Source: Adineta vaga | Taxonomy: Eukaryota > Animalia > Rotifera | DNA: 64,000 nt | NCBI GenBank assembly: GCA_021613535.1 | Contig: CP075493.1 | Location: 10,850,001-10,914,000 of the forward strand | Direction of reading: 5' to 3' | In this document: positions 10,760 through 23,212 of the stretch, in pieces | Layout of the letters: each line of letters begins with the position of its first letter | How positions within the stretch are numbered: position 1 is the first letter of the stretch | Notes under the pieces: generated by a model | What the model was told of the DNA's origin: nothing | Seen by the model: the letters and a program-made list of their open reading frames with translations, nothing else | Databases searched by the model: none | Made by a program: the position numbers and the translations under genes

Positions 10760-11460
10760 TTAATAAATTGTATCTATGCCCAACCTGACTTGGTTTATAA
10801 CATTTCTTTTGATCATTAAGTCATATAATTGTTGATCAACGATGAAAAAATTAAACCGTGTACAACCACAATTTTTGTTAAATAAATTGTATATTTGACG
10901 AAATCGATGTGGAAATGAATTTTTAAAAACAATTGCTGTACCAGTCGATACATTCACTTATTGATAGTTATCTTTTGGTGCATCTTGCGGACGTAATTTG
11001 AGTATACCCTTCAGTATGCCATCGACGAAAGTATTTCATATCTATACATTTACAGTAAAGAACGATATAAGTGAAGAGCATGCATATAATAGAATAAAAT
11101 TCTATTCGTACCCGGTTTTATATTATAACTTTGTAATTAGAGTACAATTTGTAATTCGGTTTGATTATCTTTATTTAATCCTAAACTTTCAATTTTCTAA
11201 ATAAATTTGTGCTATTATTGATAAGAAATATGCTTGAAACCCATTGATATGTATTTTTAAGTGATGTATTTTGTGTAGTAGATAAAAATGGATGATATGG
11301 TAATTACTCAGCTTCAACTGGAGAAGAATAGGGATGATGATCTTACAGTTCGTCATCCTTCTCACGCAACAATATTTCATTAATCCATATTGGATATCGA
11401 CAAACGATAGTACAATGGTAAATTTTGTTCTCCGGCTAATTGGATCACTTCGATATCCGA
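10760..11460 (-). pseudogene. Decayed fragments of a possible DUF4246/2OG-Fe(II)-like gene
   Basis: Disconnected frames DHHPYSSPVE.., KNTYQWVSSIF.. and TGTAIVFKNSFPHRFRQI..FNFFIVD are separated by stops and frameshifts. The motifs are reminiscent of DUF4246 proteins. Confidence 0.35.
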
Positions 11461-12203
11461 AAGTATTCTAACAGTCTAGTACGGTTTTAACTCAAACCAT
11501 TTACAAACCCAAGTGGTTTTTTTCGTTCTCCATGATTTTTCTATATTGATTTTGTGTGGGCCAACTTTACCAATTTCTTACATCTTCTCTAATAATAGAT
11601 CCTTTGAATCAAGCCTCGATACAATGGGATTCAGAATCCTCATACTCATACTTGATAATATGGAGTAATTGTCTTTCATATAACGAATGAGAATGTAACT
11701 AATTTTTCTCTCAGTCCCATCAGTTAAAGTCAAATTCACATTCATATTGATTAACTTGTATCTTTTTTTTTATCAATCAATGTTCAACATGAATGGTACA
11801 AAGTTTAATCGCGTGTCAGATATTATCTATAGATGACATCCGATGATTTTTTACAAAAACTAATGTATTGTTTCGATAGTGCATCAACCACTTACTTTTC
11901 TGATAACCATCGTTTTCGTAATGTCATCAAGGTGAAATCACACCTATCAATCACGTGTAAATAACCACGTGTATAAAAGCCAAAAACGAAAATACGTAGT
12001 ATACAGACATATACGAGAGGTAAATACTACAAAATATAAATATATTTTATGAAGCATTATCGAATAATCGACGCGCTCCTTATATACACAACGTTTTACC
12101 TTCGATTTTCTGCTTAAAATAAAATATTAAACAAAAAAAAGAATTCTTAAGTGAAAGTAAGGTGTTACTATAATTTAATTGCAAAATTTGTTTTTCGAAT
12201 AAT

Positions 12204-13648
12204 ATGTATTTATGGGAATGGTAATGAACATTCTATTTATTCAGTTCTGAAATTGAATCTTGTTTTTCTTCTTCTTTTCAGGAGTAAACGGATTATTCAA
12301 TATGTTTTTGTTGGAATTTCGATAATATGGTTTTTGGCGGTATTTATTGGTTTCATATTCATATTCTCGTCAGACGACAATGATAATAAAGATAGTCTAG
12401 TTAATTTTGTCGATAGTTCGAGTATGTATATTTGTAGCGTGAAAGAAAATTCATAACATTTGAAGAAGTATTCTTATTTTTGTTATCATGTTTTAGTTTC
12501 TGTTTTTCTCAGTCTTAATTACAAATCAGATATTTACACGGATAATTCACTGAATGTAACAGATTTTCAAGAACTAACGAAGCAGGTGAAAAGATATATA
12601 TATATCTATATCTATTCATTCGAAGCAAATTATTCTATCTTTTTTTTTCGAAGGTTGCTGAAACGTACAGTGCATCGCGCAATATAATTCGAGTATTTTC
12701 AGCTAGATTTATAAAGAGTATCATTTTTATACGGCAAACACGACAAATGTAAGAATTTAATGCATTTCTATACTGATCCATTGTCTCAAGAGTTTTATAT
12801 TTGCAAACTAAATTTTCTGTTTCTGTTTTGAAATAGAGACAAAATTTGATATCAAATCGTAAAAGAAGAAGAAGATAACTTGATTTTAATGAGAATAGTT
12901 TAGACTTGGATGAAATTGTCTATTTACCATGAAAATAGAAAGTATTGTTCTAGAAGTCTGTTGTCTAAAGATATGAGTCGAAAAATAAACTAAATCTATG
13001 TATATATGACTGATGTTATTCAATTGCGGTAAGTATCTTAAGTGAAATCTTTAATTTATTAGACATAGATGTACCATTGACAGCATATTCACCCTGTTTG
13101 GGATATATATTTGTTTTAGCATATCAGCCAACAGTAGTGGAGATTTTTTTACCATTGGAGTCGAAATATTTTATCCACCTGCATGTCATGGTATCAAACT
13201 ATGCAACGACCATTTTATGTTTTATGTACATAGAACAATTCAAATAGCTCCACGTGAAGTTTCTTTTCGTATCACATTTACTAATGGTATTACCTCGAAT
13301 TTTGCACTTATTTTTCAATCAGTAAATCAGACAATCATAACAAATACAATAAGCACTACATCAATCCGTAAGAAACTACTTTCTTTTTCTTGTAGATAGA
13401 AACAGAAAGCTACATATCTAGTTTGAAAATAAAATAGTCTTTTTATAGCCAGATTGAGAATATACTAATCAAGTACTGTATAATTTGACTTCATGGTATC
13501 TGTTTTGATATTATACTTTATTGTCTAAATTGCTATTAGAAACTATCACCCTGTTAACAATTTTAGAAACCATCAGCACTGCAAGTTCTATCATCTCAAA
13601 TACGAACTTCGTGACATCATCATCAACTCAAACAACTACTGCTACAAG

Positions 13649-13686
<38 letters not shown>

Positions 13687-14414
13687 CTACTACTACTACT
13701 ACTACTACAACCACAGCAACAACAACAACAACATCTACTAGTACTAGTACTATTACTACTACTACAACTATTACAACTACAACAACACAAAGTAAGTCAT
13801 TTCTGCTTTGAATCTACCACTCATGTGATAGAATATGCTGGCCTGATAGATCAGTTGTACGATAACCGTATCATGTTAAAGTGAATGAGTGCTTGAGGAT
13901 CTATATGTATATGAGAATAAAAAAAGGGCACATATATTTAGTGAGATATAATATCTTTGAGTTAGTGTATTTGTGCACAACTCTACTTTTCAATTTCTTT
14001 CTACTCTTATATGCTATAAAGCAGTGACGAAATTGAATTTTGCAATATGTTTTTAAATGAATCTATACGAATGTTTTCTCTATTAATATTTGTATAGCTA
14101 CAAGTTCGATAACGACAAGCACCAGTGAGAACCTTCTGCACTTTTATTTTGAAAATAATAATTTATTTTGTTTTACAGCGACTACATCAAATCCGTTTGG
14201 ATGTTGGAATATGACAGTTTTAGTTGGATATGATTTATATGGTTATGATCTTATACAAGGTAATCAAGCCAACTACAGTTCATGTTGTAACTGGTGTTTA
14301 GCAACCGCAGGTTGTGTTTGTTTTTCATATTTTCCAACCGCCACTTATTGTTACCTGAAATATGCACGTGCAAATCCTACTGTTCATACGCTGCGCATCA
14401 GTGCATATTTCTGA
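12204..14414 (+). CDS. Type II membrane mucin-like protein with poly-Thr stalk and C-terminal PAN/apple domain (multi-exon)
   Basis: Spliced MYLWEW|SKRIIQYVFVGISIIWFLAVFIGFIFIF (TM), several small exons, a poly-Thr exon, and terminal exon GYDLYGYDL..CCNWCLATAGCVCFSY..CYLK (PAN_4-like). Start and internal exons are approximate. Confidence 0.7.
13648..13790 (+). repeat. Coding trinucleotide repeat (ACA)n/(ACT)n, poly-Thr
   Basis: Long ACAACA.. then ACTACT.. tracts inside ORF 13521..13811. Confidence 0.9.
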
Positions 14415-14743
14415 CAGACATATATAGAAACTAATCTATATTAAAAAAAAAGACAGAAACATGTGAATGCATTGTTCTTCTATTTTTCAATAGTAATAAA
14501 CTACAGATCGATAATCTAATATAGGTCAAATGTAGAATCATCGATCAATACTACGAAAGAATGTTCTGATTAAGAGAAAAAAGAAGTGATTCGATCTTGT
14601 ATGCTTATATTTGTCTTTTTCATACACAGCTGGTAAATTTTCTCAAACAAGAAGAAAAACTGAGAATCTAAAATGAGAACTATACTTGGGAACAATTAAT
14701 TTTTTGTACTTAAACATCTTGTTGTCACAATATTTAAAAGTTA

Positions 14744-16046
14744 ATGAAAATGCAATTTTTCATATTCTTACTTATAACTATAAGCTATCTCACTGTGATT
14801 AGCGTTGCTATTCCATTACCTGGTAATGGTATTCTTCAACCATCGTTACATTTTCAACGTTATCGTCAAAGTGAATATAAAAATATCTTCCTTACTATCA
14901 ATGGCGGTATTATTGGATTCGTGATAATATTAATGATGGTCATTATGCTATTGCATAAGTACGACATTATGTAAAAATACAGATATAAAAGTCTGTAAGT
15001 ACGATGGTGCAGCTGTCGGCTTTTCCTTCGTGGATAATAAACGAAATTATCGAATGCAAAAATATGAATTTTACGAGAGAAATGCCTTCTCTGTTAATGG
15101 AACATTCAATTTCAAAATTCAATCGAAAACTAATGAAACAATTTTTGAAATTCTTCCCTTAGATGATAATATATTTCGAATTCGAGGTAATATGACCAAT
15201 GAAAATATTAATAATGTCTGGTTTTGTGATGGTTGTCCTAAAGATTTGGAAATTGAATGGGATTTAACATTGTCTAGAATCTATGGTTGGTATGCACAAG
15301 ATATCTTTGAAGCACCTGATCGATGGTTAGAAGGTGTTATTATGTGGGATACATATTCTCATACTGCTGAAGTAGAAGGAAGGGTGAAAATCCAAGATGA
15401 ACAAACTATTATGATAAAAAATAGTGGTTTTCGAGCTTATGGTGATTGTAACTGGGGCGATATTATGCCTTCATCTCCACCAAAACAAGAGACCAGTGCA
15501 AAGTATGCTTGGGGATGGTATTATGTAAATATTCCATCGAATGATAAATCTCAAGAACTTAGTATCATTGCTGGCACTGGTCTTACTTATACTGATGCAC
15601 TTTTAAGAACAATGGATGGTCGTTTCAGTGATATTCGTTTAAATGAAACAACTCATATAGAACTACGAATAGCCACAGTTTGGAACACATCTTTCGAATC
15701 ATGCAGTGATGGAAAATTACGTCGATTTGATGTTGAACGTAGTAATTGGGTGAATATAACTGATTCATTTGGAAATGCAACAATCCCACTTCGTCAATTA
15801 GTAACAATGGAGAGTGATAGCTATTTGATTACTATGGATTTTAATAGTATTGAAATGAATTATAATCGACTTATGTTTGCTTTTCGAGATTATGTATTTT
15901 CAGATTTTGAAGGTTTAGGTGTGTCGACTGATCTAGTAATTATTGAAAAGTCTACAGGCAAAATTTTCAAAAATGAAACAGTCAAAAGTGGTGGTGTAGA
16001 ATATGGATATCGTTTTGATGTTAATGTACCGCCTCTTCCAAAATAA
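14744..16046 (+). CDS. Secreted tocopherol-cyclase/AttH-like beta-sheet protein with two single-base frameshifts (pseudogene or assembly error)
   Basis: The signal-peptide ORF 14744 joins via frameshifts at about 14880 and 14957 to KYLPYYQWRYYWIRD..HYAIA and STTLCKNT..FSFVDNKR, which enters ORF 15030. The downstream RAYGDCNWG..P..YAWGW resembles the tocopherol cyclase GYxEKNWG..P..W.W motif. Confidence 0.55.
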
Positions 16047-16157
16047 ATTATTACTAGCGACATCGTTCGAAATAACTTCATTTTCATTAGATTTTTTTTC
16101 TGTCGCATTTTTTCTTCTGTTCTCTTGTAGTTGTTTTATCATTGAAAAAATATAAAA

Positions 16158-17447
16158 ATGACAACAACAACTATCACCACTAGCAGTAATGTACAGCCAC
16201 CTAGTTACCATACAGTAACGATTTGTGCAGATCTTCCCAAGATTAATAAATATTATAGTATTGATGAAATCAATGATGTTCCACCTGATGATTATTGGAT
16301 ATCTCAAATCGATAAAAAAGATGATAGAAATACACGTTACAAAGTGAGACATTGTATCACGAATGGTTCTTGTAAGAAAAACAAAAAATCTTATTCGTTT
16401 AATAAAACTAATGTTTACTATATTCAGATACATCCATCAATGAAGTACATCCCATTTTTTCCGCTTTTCTCTTCGCTTATAATTCACATGAAGATATTGT
16501 ACTCTCTCCGGATGATATTTGGTTAATGATTTCTATTTATTTTTCACAATATATCAATGATAATACCGAACAATTTCGAACACTCTTTGTCGATCATGAT
16601 GATTATCGAAAGAAATTAACTGTAGTACAAAGTGCTAGAATTGAACCAAAGTAAGTCGTTTATTAATTTAAGAAGAATAAATTATGAATTTTCGTTTTAT
16701 TCTTTGTAGTTGGGAAGATTTTCTAGAACGAATGCGATTGGAGATAGATAAGAATGTAAAAAATGATATTACACAATTATTAACATCAACTTTTTCCACT
16801 ACAACATCGATTGAATCACTTCTTTCTTCCTTTGTTCTTATGAATACATGTCAAAAATATTTCGATTATGAATGTTATATTACAAAATGTGGAATTCGTA
16901 ATGTTCATTTTCTCGGAACCTTAGATGATTGGAAATTATTACGAAAGAAAATTCGAGATCTCAAAAAGTTGATTAAATCAAATCGAGATAGTTTTCGATA
17001 GTTATATCAATGCTGTATTACCTATTATCGATCAATTTATTCGAACTTATCAAAATGATATTGATCAAGAATTCTGGAATAAAGTTATGGATATCGAACA
17101 TGTCGGTGGTGGACGATCAGGAAAGTAAGCAGAAATTATACTCAATCAAATTTATTTACTTCAATATGTTTAATAAATTTAGAATAGCTGGTACATATAT
17201 CAGTGGATGGTTTCTTCGTCTTTGTTATGGATTGCATTCGAAATCAGATTGTGAAATCAAACAAATCAAATTGAATACATTAAATGTATCTGTTGAAGTG
17301 AATAATGAAGTAACTAATGAATCAAAAACGTGTTATCTAGTTGGAGGTTTTCATGGTGTTGATTCCCGTGATGAACGTCATAAACCTATAATGGGTCTTG
17401 CAATCATTGATGATACATCAACAATTCGACCATTCAAACAAAAGTAG
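16158..17447 (+). CDS. DUF4419-family protein (multi-exon; one +1 frameshift in a T-run at about 16993)
   Basis: Spliced AFLFAYNSHEDIVLSPDDIWLMI..FSQYIN..LFVDH, FSTTT, LMNTCQKYFDY..CGIRNVHFLGTLDDW..L, then after the frameshift VLPIIDQF..FWNKV..GGGRSG..YISGWF, VGGFHG, PIMGLAI. Confidence 0.85.
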
Positions 17448-17763
17448 ACAATTCGAATAAAGTTCATTAACATTAATGCTGAATATAATTGAGAATAAGA
17501 ATAATAAATACGACCTCATTGTTTGTCATGCTCGTCCAAAGAAACAAAAGAATCATACATAACCCATGTGCGTTCTATCTTTGTAATATAATTATTACAA
17601 TTACGATTTTCTATCAAATACGATACTCTGACGTAGATATATGCACTCAATAATCATTTCATATCCTCTTTGTTCTATGATAGTTTCATAGAGAGAGAGT
17701 AACAAAAAATCGATATTATCTATTTTTTTCAATCATCACATTATTTTAAAGGATAGAATTCTA

Positions 17764-18826
17764 ATGTTTCAAATATTTATTCTTTTCCTTCTGTTACAAT
17801 CATCAATCCATTCTCTTCCTCTTGTCGATGATCGTATCAATCATGCTGGTCGAGCTCTGAATGCACTTCAACATCTTCTGAATTTTTTTGAAAATGATGC
17901 TCAAAATATCAATGTTGACGGAGTTTTTTGTTTACGTATTGCACAACATCAAATAAATGCTCTTCATCAAGTAATTATTTCATCAACTCAATTAACAGAT
18001 AAAAATCATTTTATACAATCATTATCTATTCAAATTGATCGTATAGCAAATAAAAGCATTACAGAAATATCACGTACAGGATCTTTCTATTATCAACGAT
18101 TTAGTTATCTTTTATCACGAGAATTTATAATTGAATATCAATCAAGAAAACTCGATAAGAGTTTTATTGAAAATAATCAAGAAACAAAAGATTCGTTCTT
18201 TGATACTGAACTTTCCGATAGATGTTTTGGTGAATTACTTGGTTAGTTTAAATCTAAAAAGAAAAATATTCAACTATATATTTCTTCAACATACTTGTTT
18301 AGGTTCCAATAATTTTTCGATTTCATCTCAATGTTCAATTAGTGATTTATGTTGGAATAAGATGACAATAGGAATGACAAAAAATTATCGTCTTACTCAT
18401 CAATTACTATGGGCTTTAATTGCGAAGAATCTTCATTGTAATAATACACAATTATTTTCTAATCAATCCGAAAAGAATCATCCATATTTAGAAAATTTCT
18501 TCTGTGCAAATATTTATGAAGATGCAAATTTCAATCTAATTAATCATATCAATCAAGATTTATTTCTTGAACAACTATTACTTTGTTCAACTCTTGGTTA
18601 TGAAGAATTCTTACGTTTCGATTGGCTTGATACAATTCTTACATGGCAACATCCAAAATATGCTTGTTTTAGTAATACATCAGAAATAATACAATCCACT
18701 CAACTCACCAAACGACATTTACTAACTGAAAAAGTTATGACTAATGAATGTTTATCACATAAAAGTGGATTAGCAGCTGGTTTGTTAGCAACATATGCTC
18801 GAGTTTTTTTTACAATGAAAGACTAG
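17764..18826 (+). CDS. UPF0764/C16orf89-like (DUF4735) secreted protein, 2 exons (intron 18242-18302)
   Basis: Signal peptide, NINVDGVFCLRIA, SDRCFGELLG, YRLTHQLL, DLFLEQLLLC..GY..W..IL.WQ, CLSHKSGLA. Confidence 0.85.
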
Positions 18827-18831
18827 AAAAT

Positions 18832-20081
18832 CTATTTTCGTGTTTTTTTGTCATCATTATTATCATCACCACCATTGATTCCAAACAAATCTTTTGCATG
18901 TTTCATAGCAAATCCTTTATAATCATTGTCTTCGCCAGTAAATAACCTCCTTAATAATGTTGAATAAATTTCCATATTGTCGGTTTTCGAAATTAATTTC
19001 GTAAAATCACCTTTCGATAAATGTTTATTCTTTCGATAGAATCTTTCAATTGATTCAATCATATGATTATAGATAGGTCGAACATGTTGTTCCATTTCAT
19101 CGATTCTTCGTAACATTTCGGGATCATTTTGAAATAATCCTCTCAAATCATCGGATTCTTCCTGAATGACTGCTTCGAATAATGATCGATCTGAATTTGC
19201 ATTTGCACCATCTCGATGTAGTCCAAGATATTTTTGTGTTTTAATTTTCACGAGATACGATGAACAATTGGGATGAATGATTTCAATAACATAACCTTCA
19301 CCAGAAGGTTCTTGTTCAATACTTTGTAGTAATTCTTGATGTGAGATATCTGATGGAACGGATCGGAATGGAACGATATACTTGAACATCGTAGGAAAAT
19401 TATTTTCGAGAAAAAATGCTTGTAATCGAGTGCCGAAGTATGATTCGCCAGTTGTATGTGAACGAATTGAAAGAATACTAAGTTTTGGTTCGGAATAGGA
19501 AACAACGACATGGTTTGATGGTGATGTATATTCCATATTTATAGTATAGTTTTGAAGAACAAGACGTTCAATTTCAGATTGAAAATCATCTAAAATACAC
19601 GAGAAATATGAAGATTCTATATAATATATTGCTAAAAACGATACATACTTGTAAGTAATTCTGCTGCTTCAGTAGCTTGTTTAGATACGAGTGATTGTTT
19701 TGATTTCAATCGAACTGTGACGTCATGTGAACTTTTTCGATGTATAAATGTTGATATCAATGTTCCATCCATTTTCTCCATTTTATCACCAAATCGACCA
19801 CGTTGATGAAATTGTTGTCGACCAAAACCTTCATTATAATTGAAGAATTTTTCTAATGGTAAAGAAACAAGTTGAATATTTTTCGGATTGGCAATATTGA
19901 ACATTGTTCCACGACAATTCAAAGCTGCTGGACGAGATTGAAATACGGCATAATTACACAGACGATAGTTAAAGATTCGATATGAAGTTGATTGTAATCG
20001 AACATCTTTGTAATAAAAAGTATCATCCATTGAGCAAAGTTTCATTAGATCATCGTAGAGTGTTTGAATATTTAATTCCAT
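18832..20081 (-). CDS. T4 Rnl1-family ATP-dependent RNA ligase, 2 exons (intron 19590-19648)
   Basis: YRIFNY, CRG.MF, PLEKFFN, motif I EKMDGTLI, LKSKQS, MEY.SP.N..VV.Y, motif IV EGYVI, motif V LVKIKT..Y..LH. A 59-nt GT-AG intron joins the two ORFs in frame (LLT N DFQ). Confidence 0.9.
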
Positions 20082-20355
20082 CAAAGTAATGTCGATAAAG
20101 AGTGAATAAATGAAACGAGAATCGGTTGGACAATGAATATATCATATAGTGTAATTTCACAGCAAACTGTTATTGCGAAAGTAGAAGAAATTTCATTGGT
20201 TACTCATTGACTGATGTAAAATCTTTCAGCATTTTAGAAAAAGGAAAGAGAACATGAGTCAACCGAAGAAGAAAAAGTACACTTACACATCATTGTCTTG
20301 TTATATTTTCATAAACATTTCATTATTTAGAAAAGAACATTGACATCCAACGACG

Positions 20356-22503
20356 ATGATTCCAGCACTGCATACATTACCTGCCGAATTGATCTATCAA
20401 ATTCTTGATCATTTGGAAGTTTTTTCAATTCTGCTATCATGTCAAGATGTCTGTAGAAGACTCAATGATATTATTGAAACATACCATCGATACCGAGTAT
20501 ATAGTATTTATTTATTTTTCTCGTTTCGAAGAAAAGTAAATGTCATTATGTATTTTAGACATTAACTACACTTGATGCTCGCTGGACTGGTGTTGGTGCC
20601 ACAGGAATTGAATATATAGCGAAAACCGTTTCGAAAACTAAGGTAAAATTAACTTTTATAGATCTTTTTTTATACTATGTTTATACGTTCATGTAGACTC
20701 TTGCGGAATTGCATATCTTAGGTAAAGGTGTAGGTGATGAAGGAATCGTATATTTTGCTAATGCTCTACAACAAAACAAAGTACTATCGTTTGGTTTTCT
20801 TCTCGTACCTATATTTCTTCCTTTTTTCTATTCAATAGACGCTTGTCAAACTTGATCTGTCATATATTCATATGAGTTCAGTTGGTGTAGAACATTTATG
20901 TAATGCGCTAGTTCAAAATAAAGTAATCTTATTTATCTTCTGATTACTTCTTTTTATTTAAATTATCATTTCGCATAGACACTTACAACATTGATTATAA
21001 AACATATTCATATTTGTAGTAAAGGAGTGAAACTTCTAGCCAATTTATTAAGAATAAATGAAGTCTGTGACAAATGGATCGTTTTTTCATATTTGAAATT
21101 TTATTTATTTGTAATATTTATAGACACTCACTGAATTAGTTCTCTCAGTTAATTATATCGATGCTCAAGATATTCAATATATAGCTAATGCTTTATTACA
21201 TAATGAAGTAACTTTCGATTTCGTTTTTATATATTAGACTATGCATTCTTACAGACACTCAAAATACTTCATGTTTCAAATAATTATATTAATCTGCAAG
21301 GAATAAAGTATCTAGTTGATGCTTTGCTCGAAAACAAAGTATTATATTTTCATATTTATTGATTAATTCGAATTTTATAGAGCAATTTTTGTTTTCTAAA
21401 GACATTGACAACGCTTAATCTAACACAGAATAGCATCGATATGAAATGTGCAGAAAGTTTAGCCACTCTTTTATATCACAATGAGGTGATATCAGATCAG
21501 TTTATTTTTCTCGCATTCTTTCATTGTTTCTCATAGACACTAACAACACTTATCCTCTCGGGTAATTCGATTAGAATTCGAGGAGTTGAATATCTCGCCA
21601 ATGCTCTATTGAAAAACACAGTAATGTATCTGTTTCTTTTATTGATCCATTTATCATTAAAAGATTATTCTTCTGCAGACACTGATTACACTTGATCTGT
21701 CAAATAATGATATCGGTGCTGTTGGAGCAGAACATCTAGCCAAAACTCTACAACACAATCAAGTTTGAACATTTTTTCGATGATATTCTATCATATATTG
21801 TCTATTTCATTCAGACACTCTCCGAACTGAAACTAACTTCAAATACAATCGGTGATCAAGGAATAGAATTGCTAGCCAACGCTTTACACAATAATAAAGT
21901 AGGTGTTGTCTTTCTATAAATTTTCCTATATTTACGCACTATTTCGTCTAGACACTCATCATGCTGAGTATTGGAGTGAATATGATCAGTGATAGGGGAG
22001 CACAATATTTAGCTAACGCTTTGCAATACAACATCGTTAGTTGTTCTTCTCTTGTGATTTCGATTTTGTATTTAAACTTTATCATAGGCATTGAAGACAC
22101 TCGGTCTTGCCTCTAATACGATCGGTTCTAAGGGAGTAAAATACCTTGCCGATGCTTTAAAATATAATAAGACATTGTTTACACTCAATCTAGCACGGAA
22201 TGATATCAATGATCATGGAGCAAAATATTTAGCAAATGCTCTACAAGAAAATCAAGTAAATCTTTATTTTAACAATCTAACAACAATTGACAAACTTATT
22301 CCAGACACTAAATACTATAATTCTTACTGGTAATATGATTCGAACACAAGGAGTGGAATATATAAAGAATGCTTTGCCAGAACGCACAGTAATGTATCTT
22401 CATTTCATTTTTTTCCCTTATTCATTCATTATTTTACACATAGACATCCATTACAATCAATCTTGATGATAAAATTCTACAGATTCTCAAAGATTCATCT
22501 TAA
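20356..22503 (+). CDS. F-box + ribonuclease-inhibitor-type LRR protein (NLRC3-like repeats), 15 exons
   Basis: F-box LHTLPAELIYQILDHL; twelve phase-0 exons of exactly 84 nt plus one of 168 nt, each 84 nt encoding TLxxLxLxxNxIxxxGxxxLAxALxxN. Confidence 0.92.
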
Positions 22504-22696
22504 TTGTGTTAAAAATAAAATCTAATCTTTCTTATTTGATGAATAAATATAATTAATGATATATATGATTTGATAAAAATAGAGTATTCTTATCTTTTAT
22601 AACTTTCATCATTTGAATCTGTATTGCGCAAGAAACTAGTACAACATATATAAAAAAGGCATCGAGAAAAAGGACAAAAAACAAATATCTTTGTAA

Positions 22697-23212
22697 ATGG
22701 CAAACGAACAGCTTCAACTCGATAATTTGCTTCAAGCAGTATCTGAACTTTTAAATACTTTTAATTTCTCAAATGGTACAGCTCTTATCGAACGAGCCGT
22801 TACAAATCGTGTCGATGATGTCAATAATACACAATTACTGGCTAATTTAAAACAAGAATTATCACGATTACCACCATTGACAAATATTAATATGAGTGGT
22901 GAAATGCGTTGTTTTATTCAAGCACTCGTCGACAGTATCAAAGCAACGAATATGCTTGATAAAAAATTTGTAACACGTTCGATCAACAAAGTTTATCGTG
23001 GTTTTGAACCATTTGTAAGAAATGAAATTCAACGAACGGCTTTGATCGATATGGAAGCTGCCAAAGAAGACGCCCTGAATATCGAATCACGTCATCGTAT
23101 TGCGCACAAATTAAGAAAAGAAGCAACCGAAAGCACACGTTGGTTAGAAGAGGAGGAAGGCTATTCTGAAGAATTACATATGACACGTGAGTTACAAGCA
23201 GCTGCGTTTTAG
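22697..23212 (+). CDS. Hypothetical 171-aa helical protein
   Basis: Intronless ORF with protein-like composition, AATAAA downstream, no recognisable motif. Confidence 0.7.
   Translation: MANEQLQLDNLLQAVSELLNTFNFSNGTALIERAVTNRVDDVNNTQLLANLKQELSRLPPLTNINMSGEMRCFIQALVDSIKATNMLDKKFVTRSINKVYRGFEPFVRNEIQRTALIDMEAAKEDALNIESRHRIAHKLRKEATESTRWLEEEEGYSEELHMTRELQAAAF

Noticed and set aside
20559-22388. Periodic ~140-bp pattern resembling a repeat-spacer array
   Set aside because: Explained by 84-nt LRR exons plus introns; not CRISPR.
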